Shown here: positions 35,020 through 46,879 of the stretch, piece by piece
How the letters are laid out: every line of letters starts with the position of its first letter
Numbering within the stretch: position 1 is the first letter of the stretch
From: Octopus sinensis
Taxonomy: Eukaryota
Assembly (NCBI RefSeq): GCF_006345805.1
Contig: NC_043000.1
Location: forward strand, 1,984,001-2,048,000
Direction of reading: 5' to 3'
Length of the DNA stretch: 64,000 bases
Made by a program: the position numbers and the translations under genes
Notes under the pieces: model-generated
What the model was told of the DNA's origin: nothing
What the model saw: the letters and a program-made list of their open reading frames with translations, nothing else
The model's database searches: none

Positions 35020-35400
35020 GTCATTTGACTGTGGCCATGCTGGATCACTGCCTTTAAAGGGTTTTAGTTGAAGAAATCGGCCTCAGGACTTATTCTTAGT
35101 AAGCCTAGTACTTACTTATTCTGTTAGTCTCTTTTGCTAAACCGTCACAGAGACATAAACACATCAGCGTCAGATGTCAAGCGATGGTGGAGGGGACAAA
35201 CACAGACTCAAGAACATGTACACATAAATATGTATACATTCATATATACGACAGGCTTCTTTCAGTTTCTGCCTACCAAATCCACTCACAAGGTTTGGGT
35301 CAGCCCAAGGCTATAGCAGAAGACACTTGCCCAGAGTGCCATGCAGTGGGACTGAACCTGGAACCATGTGATCTGGAAGCAAGCTTCTTGCCACACCACC
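35020..35400 (-). mobile_element. SINE family A
   Basis: Reverse tail, 3' domain and head. Confidence 0.8.
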
Positions 35401-35413
35401 ATATATATATATA

Positions 35414-35623
35414 TGGTCTGGGAAGCCAGGAGGCTGCACCAGGCTCCAGTCTGATCTGGCAGTGTTTCTACAGCTGGATGCCCTTCCTAACGCCAACCAC
35501 TCCGAGAGTGTAGTGGGTGCTTTTTACGTGCCACGGGCACAGGTGCCAGGGGAGGCTGGCAATGGACATGATCGGTTGGTGCTTTTTACGTGCCATTGGC
35601 ACGGAAGCCAGTCAAGGCGGCAC
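35414..35623 (-). mobile_element. RTE 3'UTR fragment embedded in (TA)n
   Basis: GGATGCCCTTCCTAACGCC motif, flanked on both sides by TA runs. Confidence 0.8.
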
Positions 35624-36109
35624 GCTATATATATATATATATATTTATTTATGTATGTATATATATGTCAGGATTCCACACAGTTTTCATGTATCAGATT
35701 CACTCACAAGGCATCAGTCTGGGGCTTGGCTATTGTAGGAGACACTTGTCCTAGATGCCACACAGTGGGACTGAACTCAAAACCACATGGTTGCAAAGCA
35801 GGCTTCTTAACCACACAGCCATGTTTATGTCTGTGTTAATGTTACCATTGTAATAATCACTTATCCTTGTTGTTTTGTTGTTCTTTTTTGTTACTCTTGT
35901 TGTTGTTGTTATGGTTGCTGTTGTTGTTATTGTAGCCAGTCAGGTGACAGTAACAGTCCACCAAGTGAACACCTGTCAATATAATTCTTTTAATTTCTCT
36001 GACACACCAACATCTTCTTCTTTTGCATTCAGTATTCCAATTATTTGGTTTGCTTTGAGTTTTTTATATTTCATTTTTCCAACCCATATTTGCCACCCCG
36101 CCTCTAGCA

Positions 36110-36140
36110 GTAGCACTACCACCACCACCTGCACCATCCT

Positions 36141-36185
<45 letters not shown>

Positions 36186-36197
36186 CTGCACCATCCT

Positions 36198-36230
<33 letters not shown>

Positions 36231-36590
36231 CATCACCACCTGCACCATCCTTATTACTACTACAACTACTACTACTACCACCACCACCTGCACCATCCTT
36301 ACTACTACTACTACTACCACCACCACCACTATCACCACCTGCACCATCCTTACTACTACTACTACCACCTGCACCATCCTTACTACTACTACTACTACCA
36401 CCTGCACCATCCTTACTACTACTACTACTACCACCACCACCACCTGCACCATCCTTACTACTACTACTACTACTACCACCTGCACCATCCTTACTACTAC
36501 TACTACTACTACCACCTGCACCATCCTTACTACTACTACTACTACCTGCACCATCCTTACTACTACTACTACTACCACCTGCACCATCCT

Positions 36591-36623
<33 letters not shown>

Positions 36624-36780
36624 CTGCACCATCACTACTACTACTACTACCACCTGCACCATCCTTACTACTACTACTACTGCCTATATCATCCATACTA
36701 CTGCTACCATTACTATCTATACCATCCTTACTACTACTGCTACCCCCATCCCTCACTACTACTACTACCCTCACCCCATC
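36110..36780. repeat. Compound minisatellite ACCACCTGCACCATCCTT(ACT)n
   Basis: More than a dozen units with variable ACT/ACC run length. Confidence 0.95.
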
Positions 36781-36969
36781 CCCACTATCTCCCTACTCAA
36801 ATAGCATACATAGTCTAAAGATGCAGAAAGCAAACAAACAAACAAAGCAAAATCAGAATATAATTATGTAATCTCGTAATCTTGCATTCAATTTTAAATG
36901 TTTTCTTAAGTGTTTATTCCTCATGTTTTGTTGTTGTTGTTCTTTTACAGCAGAGAACTGAAGAGAAAG

Positions 36970-37074
36970 ATGTTACGTGTTGCATTAGGGACAGCTGTTA
37001 CCGTGGCGCCAATGGTAATCTTCTTCCATGACAATATAGGTTTCATTGCAAAAGTTGAAGGAGCATCAATGCAG
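36970..37074 (+). CDS. IMMP2L: Mitochondrial inner membrane protease subunit 2, first coding exon (exon 36951-37074)
   Basis: MLRVALGTAVTVAPMVIFFHDNIGFIAKVEGASMQ aligns with human IMMP2L ..VTFLDRVACVARVEGASMQ, including the S26 catalytic Ser. Polypyrimidine acceptor TTCTTTTACAG at 36950; phase-0 GT donor at 37075. Confidence 0.88.
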
Positions 37075-37084
37075 GTTAAGTAGC

Positions 37085-37385
37085 ATCTTTTTACCAAAGT
37101 CCCTGAAATCCAACCCTCTAAATCTTAACTCCTTATCTCCCATTTTTTATACACCTATACCCCAGATTTTACCCCTGATCTTAACCCTTAGCCCCTTATC
37201 CCAACTATGTAACAGACTGCAGAACATTAACTAATTATATATGCATTTTTGTACCAAACACCTTTAGATCCAACCGTTTAAGCCCTAACTTCTAATCCCT
37301 ACCCTAACTCTTTATTCTAACTCACGACCCTCATCTTTTATACTCGTCTCCTATTCTTTACTTTTGATCTTAACTCCTAACCCAA
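37085..37385. repeat. Degenerate (CCCTAA)-like low-complexity tract
   Basis: AACCCT, CCCTAAC, TAACTC and CCCTAC variants. Confidence 0.45.
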
Positions 37386-37917
37386 AACATGCCACACCCC
37401 AGACCTCATGAATTAACTAATTATATGCAACCATGTTCATTTAATTCATTTAAACTTGCTCTAAAATGTTTATTCACATTAAAAGAACATAGTTTTTTTT
37501 TAATCTGTTTATTTGCTGGTCCTGTCATGTTAAGAGAGTGTGAAAGCCAGAGTGTATTAAACGCTAAGAGTGTAAGTGACAGTAGCTGAATTAAAAGGAG
37601 AGTGAGTTGAAAGATGAAGTGTTTATTACCCTTGGTGGAGTGACATTCTACAAAAAGAGAAAGAGTGAGTGAGTGAAGAAGAATTAAATTGAGAGGAAGT
37701 TAGGGTAAGAGGTTGGAGAGATAGAATGAAAGTCACTAAGGCTTTTCACTTCAAAATGAAATCGTTTACATCCAGTTGATGGATGTAAACGATGGCCATG
37801 TCATTAGGTGTCATGTTGAGTTCAGTTAACCCATGACCTGTTGCTCATTTTAAAATTACAGTTTTAAGATTATGAAGGTAATGTAAAACTTTATATTAAA
37901 GTTTATGTTTATATTTA

Positions 37918-38330
37918 GGCGCAGGAGTGGCTGTGTGGTAAGTAGCTTGCTAACCAACCACATGGTTCCAGGTTCAGTCCCACTGCGTGGCATCTTGACA
38001 AGTGTCTTCTGCTATAGCCCTGGGCCGACCAATGCCTTGTGAGTGGATTTGGTAGATGGAAACTGAAAGAAGCCTGTCGTATATATGTATGTATATATAT
38101 GCATGTGTGTGTTTGTGTGTCTGTTTGTCCCCCGAGCATTGCTTGACAACTGATGCTGGTGTGTTTACGTCCCCGTCACTTAGCGGTTCGGCAAAAGAGA
38201 CCGATAGAATAAGTACTGGGCTTACAAAGAATAAGTCTCGGGGTCGATTTGCTCGACTAAAAAAAGGCGGTGCTCCAGCATGGCCGCAGTCAAATGACTG
38301 AAACAAGTAAAAGAGAAAAAAAGAGAGAGT
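37918..38330 (+). mobile_element. SINE family A
   Basis: GGCGCAGGAGTGGCTGTGTGG head to AAAGAG tail. Confidence 0.9.
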
Positions 38331-38546
38331 GTAATTTATTCCATACTCAAATCAACCAAGGTTGTCCTATCTGAACCCTCAAGAAAGTGGATGTTTGGAT
38401 TGAAACTGTGATTAGTAATTTTATGACATCTCATCATTGGTTTAACATCTACTTTTCATTCTTGCATGTGTTGGCCAAAGTTTATTGAAAGAGATTTTCT
38501 ATGGCATGGAGGGCTGGAAACAAAATGACACTAATTGGATGATAGG

Positions 38547-38936
38547 TGGAGGCGCAATGGCCCAGTGGTTAGGGCAGCGGACTCACGGTCATAGGATCGC
38601 GGTTTCGATTCCCAGACCGGGCGTTGTGAGTGTTTATTGAGCGAAAACACCTAAAGCTCCATGAGGCTCCAGCAGGGGATAGTGGTGATCCCTACTGTAC
38701 TCTTTCACCACAACTTTCTCTCACTCTTACTTCCTGTTTCTGTTGTACCTGTATTTCAAAGGGCCAGCCTTGTCACTCTCTGTGTCACGCTGAATATCCC
38801 TGAGAACTACGTTAAAGGTACACGTGTCTGTGGAGTGCTCAGCCACTTACACGTTAATTTCACGAGCAGGCTGTTCCGTTGATTCGGATCAACCGGAACC
38901 CTCATCGTTGTAACCGATGGAGTGCTTCCCTTCCCT
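38547..38936 (+). mobile_element. SINE family C with 12-bp TSD
   Basis: TSD TAATTGGATGAT (38532-43, 38937-48). Confidence 0.9.
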
Positions 38937-39564
38937 TAATTGGATGATGGTGATGCTTATTTGCAACTATCATGTGTTGGATAGGGACACACACACACAT
39001 GGTGGGCTTCTTTTAGTTTCCATCTACCAAATCTACTCACGAAGTTTTGATTGGCCCACTTGCCCAAAGTGCCACATCATAGGACTGAACCTAAAACCAT
39101 CTGGTTGTAGAGCAGACATCTTAACTACACAGATATATATTCATCATTTAGCATCTGCTTTCCACGTTGGCATCGGTCAGACGGTCTGACTGGTGCTGGC
39201 AAGCCGGAGAGCTGCACCAAGTTCCAGTCTGATCTGGCATGGTTTCTACAGCTGGATGCCCTTGTTAATGCCAACCACTGCAGGAGTGTAGCAGGTGCTT
39301 TTTATGTGACACTGGCATTGGCCACAACCATGGTTTCACTTGGCTTGACAAGTCTTCTCAAGCATGGCATATCACCACACACACACACACACACACACAC
39401 ACGTGTGTTTTCTGTGTCTCTGGTCAAGTTTATGTTTTTGCTGGTCTAAAAGCTGGACTTGAAATTTATGTTGTGCTTTGTCTTTTTATGCCCCTAAAAT
39501 AAACAAATAAGTACTGAATATATCTGATCAAAGAGCTTCCAATAATTAGGTTAGAGCAAAGGAA

Positions 39565-39795
39565 GGCAGCAGACTGGCGGAAACGTTAGCACGCCGGGCG
39601 ATATGCTTAGCGGTATTTCGTCTGCCACTACGTTCTGAGTTCAAATTCTGCCGAGGTCGACTTTGCCTTTCATCCATTCAGGGTCGATTAAATAAGTACC
39701 AGTTATGCACTGGGGTCGATATAATCGACTTAATCTGTTTGTCTGTCCTTGTTTGTTCCTTCTGTGTTTAGCCCCTTGTGGGTAGTAAAGAAATA
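39565..39795 (+). mobile_element. SINE family B with 16-bp TSD
   Basis: TSD GGTTAGAG(C/G)AAAGGAA. Confidence 0.9.
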
Positions 39796-39999
39796 GGTTA
39801 GAGGAAAGGAAGAGGTTATCCTCAGATCTGAGACCTGGCTTGAATGCTTGCAATAGAATAGACTCCACTGAAGGCACTTAAGAGCCAAGTGGTGGTGTTA
39901 AACAGATAGCCAAAACTATAGAAGATTTGGCTAAGGCTCTGTGCTGTGGTATCATACCCCAAAACCTTGTAATTATGAAGATCTTGACCACACAACAAT

Positions 40000-40360
40000 G
40001 CACATGGCCTAGTGGTTAAAGCAGCAGACTGTGGAGGCACATGGCCTAGTGGTTAGAGCAGCAGACTGTGGAGGCACATGACCTAGTGGTTAGAGCAGCG
40101 GACTCGTGGTCAAGGGATCACGGGTTCGAATCTCAGACCGGGTGATGTGTGTGTTTATGAGCAAAACACCTAATCTCCATGCGGCTCCGGCAGAAGGTAA
40201 TGGTGAACTTCTGCTGACTCTTTCGCCACAACTTTCTCTCACTCTTTCCTCCTGCATCTTGCAGCTCACCTGCGATGAACCAGTGTCCTGTCCAGGTGGG
40301 GAAGCTATACGCCAAGGAAACCGGGGAAACCGGCTCTTATGAGCCAGGCATGGCTTGAGA
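40000..40360 (+). mobile_element. SINE-C-related element with triplicated 37-bp head
   Basis: GCACATGGCCTAGTGGTT(A/G)AGCAGCAGACTGTGGAG twice, then a third head with B-box GGTTCGAATCTC. Confidence 0.8.
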
Positions 40361-40729
40361 GCCCAGTGACATAGTTAATAGGAGAGTAAAGGAACACTGT
40401 TGCCCCCTCAAGCATATTTTTCAAAATTGGCGCCTTTTCAACCATTTTTTTTTTTCAAACTCTTAGTTTCATACATAATGACATCGTTACTGAAACATGA
40501 AATTAATGAATGTAAAATACAATTATGTATATTATCACTAATGAATTATTTCATTTAATAAAAGAGAAATGTGTTAATTGTTTGGTATGTTTCATGGCAC
40601 CTTTTTTTTTTTATGTGCTTGGTCCCCCTAACTGGCTCCACCCCTGCTGTCACAATGTATCTTGCTTTCCCTCAGCTAACTTCCCCCTGTCTTTCTTTCT
40701 CCCACTCAACACACCCTCCTTCCTTATTT

Positions 40730-41410
40730 AGTTCCCTCTATTCCCTTTCTCTCTTTCTCTCTTTCTACTCATCTCTTCCTCTTACTTTCTTTCAACTCTC
40801 TCTCTCTCCCTCTTTCATTCTCTCACTCAACTGTCCTTTTTTCTCATTCATCTCTCTTGCTCTGCTTCTTTCTTCTCTCTCAAGTCTCTCTCTCTTTTCT
40901 CTTAACTCTCTCTCTCCCTCTCTTCTCTCTCAACTATCTCTCTTTCTTCTCTCTCAAGTCTCTCTCTCTTTTCTCTTAACGCTCTCTCTCTTCTCTCTCA
41001 AGTCTCTCTCTCTTCTCTCTCAACTATCTCTCTTTCTTCTCTCTTAACTCTCTATCTCTTTTCTCTTAACTCTCTCTCTCTCCCTCTCTTCTCTCTCAAC
41101 TATCTCTCTTTCTTCTCTCTCAAGTCTCTTTCTCTTTTCTCTTAACCCTCTCTCTCTCTCTCTCTCTCTTCTCTCTCAACTATCTCTCTTTCTTCTCTCT
41201 TAACTCTCTATCTCTTTTCTCTCAACTATCTCTCTTCTCTCTCTTTCTTTTCTCTCAGCTCTCTCATTTAATGCCCTTTCTTTCTCTTCTCATTCCCCAA
41301 TCACCCTCTCTCTATCTTCTCTCTCAATTTCCTTCCTCTCTTTCTTCTCTCTCTTCTCTCTCAACTTCTTTTTCTTCTCACACAACTCTCTTTCTCTCTC
41401 ATTTTCCCCT
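40730..41410. repeat. CT-rich tract with internal tandem units (CTCTCAACTATCTCTCTTTCTT)
   Basis: Directly visible polypyrimidine tract. Confidence 0.9.
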
Positions 41411-42692
41411 ATGAACTTCACAGCATTATATCAATACCCCACAGATTCCTTCAACTACTCTCTATCAATACCCTGCCCCTCCCCCCCGATTCCTTTAACC
41501 CCCACCCTACCCTCCACCCCCACTCTGTTCCAAAGCTCTCCTCTATTATGAGGTCACATTAATGCATCCTTGCAGATATGTCAGCCCAAACCTGACACTT
41601 CCATCAAACATCAATTTATTTCACTTTAGAAAACTCTTCAACTAATCTTTACAGTTTATTAAAAACAACGGAAACCAAATTTTGTTTTTCCTCTCTTCCA
41701 CACAAAACTTTTATTCTGAAATCTTTGCCATTAGAGAACTAATCTCATTGGAACTGTGCCATTTTTTTTTTTTTTCCTTTCCATCCACCACCACAACTTC
41801 TTTATACCTTTTCATCTTTCAAAAGCCACACACACACACACGCGTATGCACACACACACGCATGCACACACACACACACACACACTAGTAATAATAACAA
41901 CAACCAAGCTCGTATGAGATTTCGTTTGATCATTTATTGAAGAAATAAATAACAAACAACAGAGAAACAAACAAGAAACAACCAAAAAAAAAAAAGTAAA
42001 CAAAATACAAAGCTAAAATGACGGAATGACATTTTTGAAATTAATTATTGTTTAAATAATGAGACTGACGAAGAAGTTGTGTTCGTTACACTTAGGTTTT
42101 GCTTTCCGAAAGGAGGGTTGAGCATAAAAAGACAAAAAAAAAAACCAAACAAAAAAAACATACAAAACAAAACAAAAAAAACTACCAAAATACATATATA
42201 CATACATATTTATAAATACTACACACATACAAAAAACAAATCTGTTAATTGAAAATATGAGAAAAAATAATTAATTTATATAATGACACGAATGGGATTG
42301 GCTGTATTTTATTTTGACAATTGTTATGTTTGATTAATTCTTTGTAAAGTACCCAACTCTCTCTTCCTCTCTCTTTCCCACACTTTTCCTCACTCACACA
42401 TTCTCTTACTCTCTTTCCCTCTGTGTACCACACCTGCACTTTCGCTGTCTCACCCCCCCCCATCTCTCACTTTCATACTCTCTCCTTCTCTCTCTCTCTC
42501 TCTCTCTCTATGTCTCACTGTAAGATGTTTTATTCTGCCATCAGTTATTGCACACTCTTTTAGTCTTTGTAGCTCTACCAAAAGATATTTCTTAACTCTA
42601 TTAGTCTGTATAGACACTATTGGTCTTCACAACTCTGCTTTTAATTCTTCCATGTACTTAGCTCTCCTCTATCTGTCCTTTATAATCCTTAA

Positions 42693-42912
42693 CCCTTTCG
42701 TTACCAACCCGGCCAAAACCAGCTCTGGCTCTGTAGTACAAATGTCTTGTTTTCATAAGTTTTGAATTAAAATCTTCCAGCAAACCTTAGTCACAATTTA
42801 TGTTCCTAACACTAGCTGAATGATGACTAAGTTATTTTACTAAATTCTTTGTTATATTTAAAGTAATTGAAAGAAACACAGAGTATCTCAACAGAATATG
42901 GTAACAAAAGGG
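42693..42912. mobile_element. piggyBac-type MITE
   Basis: TTAA|CCCTTTCG..CAAAAGGG|TTAA. Confidence 0.9.
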
Positions 42913-42943
42913 TTAAAATATATAATAGAGAAACAATTCTTAA

Positions 42944-43164
42944 CCCTTTCGTTACCAACCCAGCCAAAACCAGCTCTGGCTCTGTAGTACAAATGTCTTA
43001 TTTTCATAAGTTTTGAATTAAAATCTTCTACCATACCTTAGTCACAATTTATGTTCCTAACACTAGCTGAATGATGACTAAGTTATTTTACTAAATTCTT
43101 TGTTATATTTAAAATAATTGAAAGAAACACAGAGCATATCAAAATAAATACAGTAACGAAAGTG
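42944..43164. mobile_element. piggyBac-type MITE, second adjacent copy
   Basis: TTAA|CCCTTTCG..CGAAAGTG|TTAA, 31 bp downstream of the first copy. Confidence 0.88.
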
Positions 43165-43536
43165 TTAAAGTATTTCTCTTCTATCAGCTCCCTCTAAATC
43201 CATATACTATTTTTTGTTAATTAACACCATCATCATTGTCACCATCCTTATTACTATCATCATCATAATCACCATTATAACGTGCATGCTTTTCATTGTG
43301 TGCATAAATCAGATGGAATTCATTGAAGCAGATTTTCTATGGCTGGATGCCTTTCCTGCTGCTAACCTTCATGTATTTCCCCATTGCGCGATATATTTGC
43401 ATGGAAGACTAGAAACAAACAGCACCGCTTGTATGACAATGATTCACGTTTACAGCTACTGTGCGTTCTCAAGACAAAGAGACACAGATGTTCACACATA
43501 GCAATACACACACACACTGAGCTTTTTTTAGTTTCA

Positions 43537-43766
43537 TATTTCTTTACTACCCACAAGGGGCTAAACACAGAGGGGACAAACAAGGACAGACAAATGGATT
43601 AAGTTGATTACATCAAATCTAGTACGTAACTGGTACTTAATTTATCGACCCCGAAAGGATGAAAGGCAAAGTCGACCTCGGTGGAATTTGAACTCAGAAC
43701 GTAAAGTCAGACAAAGTACTGCTAAGCATTTTGCCCGGCATGCTAACGTTTCTGCCAACTTGCCAC
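43537..43766 (-). mobile_element. SINE family B nested in a decayed SINE-A
   Basis: TSD-like AGCTTTTTTTAGTTTC on both sides. Confidence 0.85.
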
Positions 43767-45699
43767 CTTCACCCAGCTTTTTTTAGTTTCTGTCTACCAA
43801 ATTTATTAACAAGACTTTGGTTGGCCTGAAGCTATATTAGAAGACACTTGCCAAAAGTGTCACACAGTGGGAGGTGGATCTAAAGCCATGTGGCTGGGAA
43901 GCAAATGTCATAACCATGTGTCCAATCCTTCGTCCCTTGAGCATTGATCCCCTCGTCCGTCAAATTACCTCCTTACTCTTCCTCTGTCTCCTTACTCTTC
44001 CTCTGTTTTTCTCCTGCTGACATCAATCATGATCTATTCATGTTGAGCAAAAACCATGTTGCTCTCTCCAGTCTCTGAAAGCCTAAAAAGCCCAGAGTAA
44101 ATCATAGGTAAGGCTGTATGGTTAAGAAGCTCACTTTGCAACCAGATGGTTTCAGGTTCACTCCTACTGCACAGCACCTTGGGCAAGTGTCTTTTACTAT
44201 AGCTCCAGACTGACCAATCCCATGTGAATTAATTTGATGGACGGAAACTGTCAGGAAGCCTGTCATATATATATGGGAGTGCACATGTGTTGTGCTCATT
44301 TGTGAATTTCTTATATCTTGATCTCGTTATTCTAGTTTGTCCTTTGTTCATGTAAAGGACAAGGTGTTTGTGAATCCATGGTTGGTGGGAATTGCTTGTT
44401 TTGGTATTGTTTCAATTTGTTCATGGTAAATTCATTACAGGCAATTATGACATTGCCTGTAATTTCATTGCAAACCAATCTTTATTAAGTTTATCATTAT
44501 GTCAAGCATAATAATAATTAATCATCATAAATTTTATCCATGATTTCTTTTCCAACTTGGGTAACCAAGTATTACTCCTACAGTAAAGTGCCTATCTCTG
44601 TCCACCTATCATAATTTAACCTCTCATCATCTTGTCTTGCGAGTTTCTTGTTGACCTCACTGGTGCTGGTACCACATAAAAAGCACCCAGTACACTCTGT
44701 AAAACAGTTGGTATTAGAAATGGCATCCAGCTGTAGAAATCATGCCAAAGCAGACATTGGAGCTTGGTACCGTTCTCCAGCTCAGAAAGCTCCTGTCAAA
44801 CCATCTAACCCATGTCAGCATGGAGAAAGAGACATTAAATGATGATGATGATGATGATTGCTTCTCAATATTGAATGTTTTTATTTGCAGAGCAAATATG
44901 TCACATTTAATTAACAATGCAAAAGAAATTCAAAGATTAAAAAATCCTATCCTATAATCTGGAAATTTGGAGAAATCTTGAAAAAGGAATAATCAAAGAG
45001 ATGATGTAGTAATAATAGAACAGCATATTGCTAGTGCAGAAATTCTTCATTGCAAAAAGAAATATAAAGCTAATACTGCTGGAATTCAAAACATTGGCCA
45101 TGAATATCGAAATTATGAAATACTGGATAATTTAAGAGGCATTCATCATAATTTGACTTTTTAGAATGTTTCTCGTTTCCTCTAATTACAGGTAATGTTA
45201 ACTCATTACTGCATTTTTCTTTTTTCTAACCCTGTTTAAAACAACTTAGGTGTGTTTACACTGGAAGAATTTAAAATTCTTTTTAGAAACTTTAATAAAT
45301 ATGAAATAAATTGTTTTTTTCTTTTTAACAGTGAAACTCAAAAAATAAGAAGTTATTAATAATAGCATGTAAAATATTGGGTTAAAAATCCCTTGGTGGG
45401 GGGAAGATAAAGGCTGCCCCTAGGACTTGAACCTACATCTTCTGTGAATATGACAGATTTACTACCATTATACAAAACAACTCAAAAATTTTATTGAGAC
45501 TGCAAGAGATATGAAATAAATCATTTTTCTTTTAACGGTGGAACTTGAAGTACATAAAGCTATTAATAATAGTATGTAAGATGGGTTAAAAAAAAACCTT
45601 TGGTTAGAAAAAAAGTTGAAGACTGTCCATGGGACTTGAACTCACATTTGTGAATATACCAGATGTGCTACTATTATAATGTTCACAGATTACTAATAC

Positions 45700-46099
45700 T
45701 CTTTTACTCTTTTACTTGTTTCAGTCATTTGACTGCGGCCATGCTGGAGCACCGCCTTTAGTCGAGCAAATCGACTCTGGGACTTATTCTTTGTAAGCCC
45801 AGTACTTATTCTATCGGTCTCTTTTGCCGAACCGCTAAGTGACGGGGACGTAAACAAACCAGCATCGGTTGTCAAGCGATGTTGGAGGGGACAAACACAC
45901 ACACACACACATACATACATATATATACATATATACGACAGGCTTCTTTCAGTTTCCGTCTACCAAATCCACTCACAAGGCATTGGTCGGCCCGGGGCTA
46001 TAGCAGAAGACACTTGCCCGAGATGCCACGCAGTGGGACTGAACCCAGAACCATGTGGCTGGTTAGCAAGCTACTTACCACACAGCCACTCCTGCGCCT
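45700..46099 (-). mobile_element. SINE family A (young)
   Basis: Complete reverse copy. Confidence 0.92.
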
Positions 46100-46879
46100 A
46101 TTTTTTCTTCTTCTCTTCTTTCTAAAAAAAAAAAAAAAAATGTTCACAGATTTTCAATCCAAGGTTTCTTTGTAACACAATATTCTACATGCTATTATTT
46201 ATAACTTCATCTACTTGTAACTCCATCATTAAAGAAAGAAAATGTGGGTTTATTTTTCCATGCATAGAAGCAAATGTGATATTAATTTTTATTAATTTTT
46301 TGCATCGTTGAATTTTTTTTTCATTGCTCATGAAATGTGACATATTTACTCTGAGAATAAAAGTTTTAATATTGTTTTGCCATGTAATGTATTTACTCTT
46401 TGGATAAGAAGCACTTAATGAATTTACTGATGGTGTATTTGCGTGTGATATAATTCTCTTGTACTGAAATTATCAGCAATGTATTTAGTGCGATGTGAGT
46501 ATGGCGTAATTATCTGCAATAAATTTACTGGATATCCTGGTGCATATCTCTGATATATCATTCTAGCTTGGCACCAGCGTACAACTAGGTTAGGTCCCAG
46601 TTATAGCTGACTGGTAGTTTATAACCCTAGTACGATGTGATTATGTGTAGTGAGTGATGTCATATGATACAAGACGGTTTGTTAGATTACCTGATACACT
46701 ACTGAAAGTAGCAGTCAAGACATTATTCAAGGCATCACACTATATGCCAAGCAGATGCTTTCTTTTACATTGCAATCCAAAATAAGGTCACATGTTCCTA
46801 GGTATCAACCAATGATATCTAAGTATGCAAAGTGTATGAATAGTCACATATTCCTAGGTACCAACCAAAGATAACTTAG

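Noticed and set aside
35875-36804. Mucin-like Thr-rich 309-aa ORF and the antisense Val and Ser/Gly ORFs
   Set aside because: Produced by stop-free ACT/ACC repeats, open on both strands, with no supported splice context.
38547-38620. tRNA genes at the heads of SINE families A-D
   Set aside because: A/B boxes are present, but acceptor and anticodon stems are imperfect and each head runs into a SINE body with tail and TSD.
40571-41047. Leu/Ser-rich 158-aa ORF
   Set aside because: Translation of the CT tract.
44960-45165. Open frame ..DDVVIIEQHIASAEIL.. as the next IMMP2L exon
   Set aside because: No match to the expected P.LNP..D.V.L..RGD.V..P..IKR motifs, and it ends in a stop.
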